A DNA stretch of 64,000 nt from Planctomycetota bacterium (GTDB lineage: Bacteria > Planctomycetota > UBA8108 > UBA1146), in the NCBI GenBank assembly GCA_018694835.1, contig JABHOG010000015.1, positions 7,362 through 71,361 on the forward strand. The letters run 5' to 3'. Position 1 is the stretch's first letter. The number at the start of each line of letters is the position of its first letter. A model generated the notes under the pieces. The model was given only the letters and a program-made list of their open reading frames with translations. It was not told the origin of the DNA and did no database searches. A program made the translations under genes and the position numbers. Shown here in pieces: positions 56,657 to 64,000 of the stretch.

Positions 56657-58512
56657 CTCAACCTCGAGAAGACCTTGGGATCAAACGCTTCCCGCACGGC
56701 CTCTCCGATCAGCACCACCAGAAACAGGGTCACCGCCAGTGCCATCACCGGCAACAGTACCAGGTGCGGGTAGATCAACAGGAACTGGAAACCTTGATTG
56801 AGCAGGCGACCCCACGACGGATCGGTCGGAGGCAGTCCGAATCCGAGAAAGTCGAGGGAAACCAGCGCGCTGATGTAATTGACGAAGGAGAAGGGGGCGC
56901 GGGAGATCACCGGAATCATCGAGTTGGGCAAGATGTGTCGAATCATCACCTTGAAGTCGCTCACTCCGGTGCCGATGGCTGCCTGAACGTAGTCCTTGGC
57001 TTTCTCTCGATAAAACTCACCACGAATCTGATAGGTCACGGCCATCCATGACCGAAGGATCACGAGAAAGATCACCAGCATCCAGAATCCGGGATCGACG
57101 ATGCTGGCGATGATCATGATCAGGAACAAAAACGGCACCGAGCCCCAGATTTCAATGAATCGCTGCAGCAGGATATCGGTCCACCCGCCGTAGTAACCCA
57201 TGATGGCACCGGCGAGGATTCCCAACACATAGCCGAACCCCATCACCATCATGGCAAAACCGACACTGATGCGGAATCCGTAAAGCAGTAGTGGTAAGAC
57301 ATCGATTCCAGAATCACTGGTTCCCAGAGGAGCTTCCCATGTGTCGAGGAAGCGAGTCATCAAGATCCCTTGATCGTGAAATTTCTTCCCCTCCGACTGG
57401 GCCAAGACCTCGGCGATGCCGACCTGCCCCGTATCTCCATGCTGTTGCTGAACTACCGACAATAGCCTCTGATCAGAGGACTGGTCCGATCGAAGTTTCT
57501 CTAACCGATCTCCATCCAGCGCGTCAGGAGCATCGAGAATCTGCTGTCGTGAAGCGATACGCTGCTGCAGTCCGCTCACGCCGATCGACTCTTGCACCAA
57601 CAAGATTCCCACGACATCGGTGACCGGTTGATCCCCTCCACCCTCGACCACGAAGAATTTCTGACCCGGAATAAGGCTGGCCTCATCTACGGCCATCACC
57701 TCGTAAGTGGGTTTTCCGCCGATGGTATCGGACGTCTGAGAGATCAGGGTTGCCGTCGAGTACCTCGGAGTGATTCCAGGAATCGGCAGCGATGGGCCGT
57801 GCGGCGCAGTGCCGGGAAGATCGAGACGATTTCGCCTCGGACCGTGACGATAGAGTGGCCAAACGATGGAGGCTCTGCCGCTGACAAACACTTCTTTGAT
57901 CAAATCGAAGTTGTCGATCTGGAAATCCAAGCTCTTCAGATCTTCTCGTGCAGCAGCGAGATCCTCCACCAGCCATTCTTCCGGTTCGTCTCCATCCTCC
58001 AGCAGTTCATCGATCTCTTGCTGGGTCTGCGATATCTCCTCGGAAAGTTCCTTCCGCGCTTGCAGTCGCTCCTGAGCAATCGGTCCGAAGGAACCCGCTG
58101 GATCGGCAACGATGCCACCGAAAGCCTTGTAGTCGAGAGGTCCTTCTCCCGGAATCCCGTAGTCTCCCGACCGATCATAGGTCGGGAAGGGACCATCGAC
58201 AAAGAAGAGCCAGGTATTGGCCAGATCTCTCACTGCGGGAAATGCGCTATTCTCGCCGTAGCGGATCATGATCGGTCGATCGTTGACCAGCACCTCGAGA
58301 AATAAGGAGGTGGTGAACATACTGGTGACGATGACAAAGGAGATGTAACCGCGACGGATGGAGCGAAAGCGTCTCAACCGTTTCTCTGCCAAAGGACTGG
58401 TCCTGAACTTGAATCCCAGCAGTCCCGAGATGGTCCTGAACAACCAGGGGATTCCGCGCATCGTCAGAAGCACTCCTCCAGCCAGAACCAGGAGGGTCAG
58501 TAGATAGGTCAT
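56653..58512 (-). CDS. ABC transporter permease (OppC/YejE-like) with about 330-aa periplasmic insertion
   Basis: 619 aa. N-terminal TM, long soluble acidic/coiled region, then a conserved OppC-type transmembrane domain (EAA-like motif region ...AAIGTGVSDFKVMIRHILPN). Confidence 0.85.
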   Translation of the reverse strand: MTYLLTLLVLAGGVLLTMRGIPWLFRTISGLLGFKFRTSPLAEKRLRRFRSIRRGYISFVIVTSMFTTSLFLEVLVNDRPIMIRYGENSAFPAVRDLANTWLFFVDGPFPTYDRSGDYGIPGEGPLDYKAFGGIVADPAGSFGPIAQERLQARKELSEEISQTQQEIDELLEDGDEPEEWLVEDLAAAREDLKSLDFQIDNFDLIKEVFVSGRASIVWPLYRHGPRRNRLDLPGTAPHGPSLPIPGITPRYSTATLISQTSDTIGGKPTYEVMAVDEASLIPGQKFFVVEGGGDQPVTDVVGILLVQESIGVSGLQQRIASRQQILDAPDALDGDRLEKLRSDQSSDQRLLSVVQQQHGDTGQVGIAEVLAQSEGKKFHDQGILMTRFLDTWEAPLGTSDSGIDVLPLLLYGFRISVGFAMMVMGFGYVLGILAGAIMGYYGGWTDILLQRFIEIWGSVPFLFLIMIIASIVDPGFWMLVIFLVILRSWMAVTYQIRGEFYREKAKDYVQAAIGTGVSDFKVMIRHILPNSMIPVISRAPFSFVNYISALVSLDFLGFGLPPTDPSWGRLLNQGFQFLLIYPHLVLLPVMALAVTLFLVVLIGEAVREAFDPKVFSRLR

Positions 58513-58523
58513 CTTCTCTCCTC

Positions 58524-60065
58524 CTACTTGAACCGGATCCGAGGATCGATGAGGGCCCAGATCAAGTCACTCAAGATGTTTCCGGTCAGTCGAATCAGTA
58601 CACCGAAAACCAGCGTGGCCAGGATGATCGGATAATCACGGCGGATGATCGACTCGTACCCGAGTAATCCCATCCCGGGAATGTTACAGACCTTTTCAAT
58701 GAGGAAGGAACCAGCAAAGAGTAACCCGAGGAAGTGTCCGATCCCCGCAGTGATGGGGATCAATGAGTTCCGCAGCGCATGTACATAGATGACTCGGCCC
58801 TCGGATAGTCCCTTGGCGAAGGCGGTGCGAACGTAATCAGCGCCGAAGTTTTCCAGTAGCGAATTTTTCATCAACACCGTCATGCTGGCAAAAGAACCAA
58901 CCATGTAGCCGAACATCGGTACCAGTGTGTGTCGGATCTGATCGCCGATGCAGCGCAGGTACTCACCCTGTTCCCACCATAGATTCCAGTCGGCGGATCG
59001 AAATCCCCCGAGCGGCACAAGATTCCAGTAGGAACCACCACCCAGCAGCACCAGTAACAGAAGACAGGCCACGAATCCGGGAGTGGCGTAACCGAGAAAC
59101 ACCAGCACGCTGGTGGCGGTGTCAAAAGTACCCTTGTGGCGGATCGCCTTGGAAATTCCCAGGGGAACGCAGACGATCCAGGTGGCCAGGTAGCCAATCA
59201 ATCCAAAGTAGATGGAGATGGGGAACTTGGAAGTGATGACATCCAGCGCATCTTCGTTGTAGGTAAAGGAGCGGCCAAAGTCGCCCTGAATGATGCCGCT
59301 GAATGCATGATCGACATGATAATAGGAGCCATTTCGATTCGACTCCATCTTCATCGATTCGAGATGGGTTTGCAGCGCCGCGAAATCCGCCTCGGTAGAG
59401 ATCAATTGCGCGTGTACCTGAGCCGGTAGTCCGCTCTCAGTCTTCTCTTCATCGGTCAGGGCTCGCATGAAACGAGATCCAGACCGTGACCAGCCCTGAG
59501 CTTCGAGGAGACGATCGAGTTGTGCCCGAGAACTGACGCCTCCGGCGAGGAGTTGTACCGCTTGGCCGATCATCTGTGGGTGTTGTTGTCGATCGGATGG
59601 GGTGATTTCCCTGAGGATCGTCTCACCACTGAGTTGGAACTTTCCTTCGAGCACCCAGCGATCGAGATCCTCATTACCGATCCGGTAGGCGTTCCATAAC
59701 GATTGAGACTGCTGCCAGAAGGAGGGATCCAGATCTCGCTGGGCCAGACTCACCGGATCGCGAGTTTTCTTGGGCCATACCCCGAGCCATTGCAGGTAGG
59801 CGAGAGGAATCGGCTGGTCGAGGTTGTAGTACGCCTTCAGTTCATCGCGGGCTTTCTCATCGAGACCACCGCCATCACCGAGGAGACCTCCACCACCGCC
59901 GCCACCCGCTTCGCCAGCCGCCGCCGCCTTCATCTGATTCTCGAGTTGCTCGATCGGCCCCCCCGGGGTCAATCGGAGCACCGCATACACCATGAAGGTG
60001 ATGATCAAAAAGGTCACGGGAACCAGCAGTAGCCTGCGGGCGAAGTAGGTCCACATACCGCTCAT
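58524..60065 (-). CDS. ABC transporter permease (OppB/YejB-like) with large periplasmic loop
   Basis: 513 aa. N-terminal TM, roughly 250-aa loop including a poly-Gly stretch, then the BPD_transp_1 core (...YVRTAFAKGLSEGRVIYVHALRN). Confidence 0.85.
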   Translation of the reverse strand: MSGMWTYFARRLLLVPVTFLIITFMVYAVLRLTPGGPIEQLENQMKAAAAGEAGGGGGGGLLGDGGGLDEKARDELKAYYNLDQPIPLAYLQWLGVWPKKTRDPVSLAQRDLDPSFWQQSQSLWNAYRIGNEDLDRWVLEGKFQLSGETILREITPSDRQQHPQMIGQAVQLLAGGVSSRAQLDRLLEAQGWSRSGSRFMRALTDEEKTESGLPAQVHAQLISTEADFAALQTHLESMKMESNRNGSYYHVDHAFSGIIQGDFGRSFTYNEDALDVITSKFPISIYFGLIGYLATWIVCVPLGISKAIRHKGTFDTATSVLVFLGYATPGFVACLLLLVLLGGGSYWNLVPLGGFRSADWNLWWEQGEYLRCIGDQIRHTLVPMFGYMVGSFASMTVLMKNSLLENFGADYVRTAFAKGLSEGRVIYVHALRNSLIPITAGIGHFLGLLFAGSFLIEKVCNIPGMGLLGYESIIRRDYPIILATLVFGVLIRLTGNILSDLIWALIDPRIRFK

Positions 60066-60105
60066 CGATTAGAGCCTGCCAGGTACTCCAGTATCATCAG
60101 GGCTC

Positions 60106-62004
60106 TTATTCCTTCGACTTTTCAGCAGCGTCCATGCGCGCCTTGACGCCCCAGGGATCGACCACGTCGTTCCCCACCGGCAAAGAACTTCCGTCCTTCT
60201 TGGCAGCAGCCAGGCGCTGTTGCAATTCGGGAGTAGTCCACCAGTACGACCAGAGTGAATGGTCATCTCCAGTGCGAGAGATCACCTTCTTGGGCTGGCC
60301 GAAGTGATTCCAGGAGAGGATTCTTTCGAAGGGACCATACCAGGTCAGCGCCACAGGATGCTCCTTGAAGATCAGTCCATCAATCTTCTGCATGATCCGG
60401 GCTTGTTCGGTGATATCAAAGGTCTGGTCATACTCTTCCATCAGGCGATCCACCTCAGCGATGGCGATTCCCGAGATGTTGTTATTGTTGGGAATATTGG
60501 CCAGATCTCCATGCCAGCTGGTGATCGGATTGGGAAAGAGGATTCCCCTCCAGGCTTGCATGTGAACCACGAATTGTCGCTCTCCCACCTTCTTCATCAG
60601 GGCATTGTAATCGACCCTCTTCAGGTCCATTCCGATACCGATCTTCTTCAGGCCTTCGGCCACCACCTGGTGGATACGAGTCGACGAATCGGAACCATAT
60701 TCAATGGTGAACTGAAGGGCTTTTCCGGTGGTCTCGTGGACACGGATTCCGTTCTCGTTTCGCCGGGTGTATCCAGCACGGTCGAGTAGCCGCTCCGCTC
60801 GACGCGGATTGTAGCGAACCTGGCGGTTATCAGGATTCCCCCAGCGACCTCCTGGATAGTAACTGTCGATGTATTCGTACTGGTTGAAGAACAACTTGTC
60901 GAACAGCGTCTTGCGATCGACTCCGTAACAGAACGCAAGTCTCACGTTCTTGTCGTCGAAGGGCCACTCTCGCATGTTGAGCATGTAGCCAGCAAAGGAC
61001 TGCGGCTGCTCGTTATAAATCTTCTGTTTGCGAATCCAGCCGTTACGCACCGACTCGAAACCGGTCTCTTCCGCCCAGCGTTGCGCCCTGAGGACCGTGT
61101 AGTAATCGAGCTCTCCAGCCTTGAACTTCTCGAAGGCAAGTTCGCGGTCGCGGACCACGATCAAGTCGATCTCGTCAAAGTTGTACAGGCCACTGGCACT
61201 GCGAGTCTTGTTCCCCCACCAGTCCTTCTTGCGGTACAACTTGATGGAAATCTCTTGCTGGATGCTATCTTTGCGCAGTTCATAAGGTCCAGAGCCGGGG
61301 ATCATCTTCCAGTTGAACTCATCGAGATAGACATCTCCCGGAATGCGGATTTTCTCCGCCGGGTAGACCATCAAACTTCCCGAAAAGTAGAGGAACAGCC
61401 GCCAGTTCAACTTCTTGGTCTTGACCGAGATGGTTCGTTCGTCGTGAACTACCGGCATCTCATACATGTCATTGTAGAGTTTGGTCATCGACGGATCTTT
61501 GACGTCAGGATCGACCATGTGCTCGAAAGAGGCGAGTACATCATCGGCGGTGATACGGGCTCCATCGCTAAATTTGGCCCGCTCATCGATGCGATACCAG
61601 AAGACCTGGTGATCCTCCTTCTTCTCGATGATCCAGTGCGAGGCGATTCCAGGGATCCATTCGAGGGTTTCCGGATGAATGCCGAGCAAGCCCTCATGGG
61701 TCAATGCGTATATGTCGGTGATGGTGGTCAGGTTCGAATTGGGACCGTCATTGCGCAGCGTCGGCAAGAAATTGGGAATACTGGTGCGCAGTTTTCCGCC
61801 TGGCACGGCATCCGGGCTTCCCAGCGGAACGAACTTGGAATTGGTGGTCCAGGTCTTGCCACCGATCTCGACCTGATCGTAATCCGCCAGAGCAGGAGCG
61901 CCGCCCATCAGAGTCATCGATGCGATGGTTAAAATCCCTATCAGCCAGGGATTCGCGCAATTTTGCGTCAGATGTTGAGATGCGGGCGATGGACGATGAA
62001 CCAT
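60106..62004 (-). CDS. ABC transporter substrate-binding protein, family 5 (YejA/OppA-like)
   Basis: ATG 62004 with GGAGG SD 5 nt upstream gives MVHRPSPASQ... and signal segment LIGILTIASMTLMGGAPALA. Roughly 630-aa SBP_bac_5 architecture. Confidence 0.85.
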   Translation of the reverse strand: MVHRPSPASQHLTQNCANPWLIGILTIASMTLMGGAPALADYDQVEIGGKTWTTNSKFVPLGSPDAVPGGKLRTSIPNFLPTLRNDGPNSNLTTITDIYALTHEGLLGIHPETLEWIPGIASHWIIEKKEDHQVFWYRIDERAKFSDGARITADDVLASFEHMVDPDVKDPSMTKLYNDMYEMPVVHDERTISVKTKKLNWRLFLYFSGSLMVYPAEKIRIPGDVYLDEFNWKMIPGSGPYELRKDSIQQEISIKLYRKKDWWGNKTRSASGLYNFDEIDLIVVRDRELAFEKFKAGELDYYTVLRAQRWAEETGFESVRNGWIRKQKIYNEQPQSFAGYMLNMREWPFDDKNVRLAFCYGVDRKTLFDKLFFNQYEYIDSYYPGGRWGNPDNRQVRYNPRRAERLLDRAGYTRRNENGIRVHETTGKALQFTIEYGSDSSTRIHQVVAEGLKKIGIGMDLKRVDYNALMKKVGERQFVVHMQAWRGILFPNPITSWHGDLANIPNNNNISGIAIAEVDRLMEEYDQTFDITEQARIMQKIDGLIFKEHPVALTWYGPFERILSWNHFGQPKKVISRTGDDHSLWSYWWTTPELQQRLAAAKKDGSSLPVGNDVVDPWGVKARMDAAEKSKE

Positions 62005-62157
62005 GATACCTCCGTAATCAGCAACCACTACGACAGCGGCCCGGACGCTGGACGACCGGGCCGTAACTGAGAGACCTGGACGGGTCTGAATCGATTCTCG
62101 TCAGTGGGCTCCATCTGTGGCGAATGACGAATCGATCACTCTCAGCACCCGTTACAA

Positions 62158-62388
62158 TCAGGAATCCGCCTTCTTATCGGCATTTTCAGCGCCATCTTCC
62201 TTCTCCTTCTTGACCTTGACCCGCTTCTTGACCTTCAAGACTCGAGTCTTGGGCAGACCCAGTGGCGCGTCTTCACCTTCGGTGAAACGACCCTGGGCCT
62301 CGAGCTGGAGAATTCGTTCGTATCGGGTGAGGACATTACGGGTACCGCTGAGGCCATCCCCGGTCTTAAGAGTCCTGTGTATTGACAT
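62158..62388 (-). CDS. Hypothetical small basic protein
   Basis: 76 aa, ATG. C-terminal Lys-rich tail KVKKRVKVKKEKEDG. Resembles, from memory, the Planctomycete/Verrucomicrobia 'small basic protein' family. Sits upstream of the SBP gene on the same strand. Confidence 0.5.
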   Translation of the reverse strand: MSIHRTLKTGDGLSGTRNVLTRYERILQLEAQGRFTEGEDAPLGLPKTRVLKVKKRVKVKKEKEDGAENADKKADS

Positions 62389-62650
62389 CCGTGACTACTT
62401 CCCACCGGAGTCTTCCGGCTTCGTTTCTTACGATTCAGGAGAGTGCGCCGCAGGTAAACCCCATGTGGGTCCAGACCTCAACACAGCTGATTGCTCCTCC
62501 GGAACGACGGCTCGCTCAGTCGTAGGGTTCCAGGAAATAATTAGGATAACCATCGGCCCGTTCGTCGGCAAGGGAAGCCACGGATCCGGGGGGGGTTGCC
62601 GGGGCCGGGACCGGAGCCCATGATCGCCTCCGGAATCGAGAGGGGAATCG

Positions 62651-64000
62651 ATGAAGTCGCTGGAGTCCGCCATCCTGCTGCTGATCGTGCTATCGGCACC
62701 GATCCTGGCGATCTGGAGCTTTCCCTCCTTGCCCGGCCCCGCCGACCTGGTGATCGCCAATGGCACCGATCCTGGCTCGATTCACCCCCACCGTGCCACC
62801 GGTCTGCCGGAGGGACGGATCATCCAGGCGATCCACGAGGGCCTGTTACTGATCGATCCTCGATCACTGGAACCGATCCCCGGCTGTGCGGATCGCTGGG
62901 AGATCTCTTCCGCTGGCACCCGCTATCGCTTCCACATCCAGCCGGGCCTGCTCTGGTCAGACGGCACTCGATTGACCGCTGAAGATTTCCGTCGCTCCTG
63001 GCTCGATCTGCTCGATCCGCTGCAAGGAGCTCCCTATGGCGACCTGCTCCAATCGGTGGTCGGTGCCCGCAGCTGGAGACGACTCGAAACGAGCCGAGAG
63101 CAGGTGGCGATTCGTACCGAGGGCGAATCGATCCTCGAGATCGAATTGGAACACCCGGTCCCCTGGTTTCTCTATCTCTGCGCCCAGACGCCGCTGCAAC
63201 CGGTCCACCCCGAAGCGGACGGCCGAGCGGGGCCCGCCATCGCCACCAATGGCCCCTGGGTCATCGAAAGCTGGAGATTACGCGATCGGATTCGGCTGGT
63301 GACCAATCCCTTCTACCGCGGACCCAGCACGCCCCATCTCGAAGTGATCGATTTCCTCGCAGTAGAATCGGGCAACACCCAGTTGAACCTGTTGGCCGCG
63401 GGGATGGCGCACTGGGCAGTGAGAACACCGGCAGCAGCGATTCCCGTACTACGGGAGGATGCGCAGTGGTCGTCGATGTGGCATGCAGATCCCTATCTGG
63501 GAATCTCTTTCTTTCGACTCAACCTCGAACGCCCCCCGCTCGATGATCCGAACATCCGCCGCGCCATTTCGCTGGTTCTCGACCGCCAGCAACTGTGCCA
63601 CGACGTGCTAGGAGGTGACCCGGAGCCTGCCCTCGGGTTCATCCCCTGGCCGAAACCCGCCATCGAACGACAACGAATCAAGATGATGGAACGTGGTCTG
63701 ACGCAGGAGATCCACGACCTCCTCCCCGGATACTCCGGAATGGCGATGACCTCGGATCCGCAGAAACCGGTGATGACGGCGGCGCAGATCGCTCCTGAGC
63801 AATGGGCGTACGAAGGACATGATCCGGCACTGGCGCGACAGATCCTTCAACGAGCGGGTTGGCGAGTACCAGGATCTCCGGAGGGTCGTGCCATTCCCGC
63901 CCTCGAGATTCTCCACCCCTCCAGCGGCACCCATTCGCTCGTCGCCGAGTGGTTGCAACTGGTATGGAACAGAGAACTGGGTATCGAGACGACGATCCAG
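62651..64000 (+). CDS. ABC transporter substrate-binding protein, family 5 (3' end outside window)
   Basis: Absent from the ORF track because no stop lies within the window. ATG 62651 gives MKSLESAILLLIVLSAPILA signal, then LVIANGTDPGSIHP..., PFYRG..., typical SBP_bac_5 blocks. Frame open to the window end. Confidence 0.75.
   Translation, partial: MKSLESAILLLIVLSAPILAIWSFPSLPGPADLVIANGTDPGSIHPHRATGLPEGRIIQAIHEGLLLIDPRSLEPIPGCADRWEISSAGTRYRFHIQPGLLWSDGTRLTAEDFRRSWLDLLDPLQGAPYGDLLQSVVGARSWRRLETSREQVAIRTEGESILEIELEHPVPWFLYLCAQTPLQPVHPEADGRAGPAIATNGPWVIESWRLRDRIRLVTNPFYRGPSTPHLEVIDFLAVESGNTQLNLLAAGMAHWAVRTPAAAIPVLREDAQWSSMWHADPYLGISFFRLNLERPPLDDPNIRRAISLVLDRQQLCHDVLGGDPEPALGFIPWPKPAIERQRIKMMERGLTQEIHDLLPGYSGMAMTSDPQKPVMTAAQIAPEQWAYEGHDPALARQILQRAGWRVPGSPEGRAIPALEILHPSSGTHSLVAEWLQLVWNRELGIETTIQ

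Overview
High-GC, gene-dense chromosomal segment that looks Planctomycetota-like: many sulfatase, dockerin-like, TPR, HEAT and CRTAC1-type secreted proteins, frequent GTGA/ATGA start-stop overlaps, and an mreBCD-mrdA-rodA cluster. Most of the window is housekeeping: rpsB(partial)-tsf-pyrH-frr-tRNALys-tRNAGlu; gcdH; prkA; moxR-mazG; argS; glyQS-vWA-thiolase-fadB/J-like; pgk-IMPase-BFN nuclease-lipoprotein-nifS; ribE-gltX-PHP; rho; an aroD/aroE-like fusion; a sulfatase; a DEAD-box helicase; a five-gene YejABEF/Opp-like ABC importer; and a second family-5 binding protein running off the 3' edge. No CRISPR array, integrase, transposase or obvious mobile element was seen. The most interesting content is (i) a MamK-family actin-like ATPase translationally coupled to an uncharacterised coiled-coil/Pro-rich partner, present in addition to canonical MreB; (ii) a membrane-anchored coiled-coil protein plus a tiny TM protein directly upstream of mreB; (iii) two large secreted multidomain proteins sharing a C-terminal dockerin-like module, one with a YWTD propeller, three proprotein-convertase P-domains and two PKD domains; (iv) a Rho with an RG/S-rich N-terminal region in place of the usual helical subdomain; and (v) several intergenic terminators and repeats with no convincing ORF. 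Coordinates of long genes follow the supplied ORF track. Starts were re-examined by hand, because the track appears to use the longest ATG/GTG/TTG ORF. Where a signal peptide, SD sequence or start-stop coupling supports an internal start, that start is given instead.
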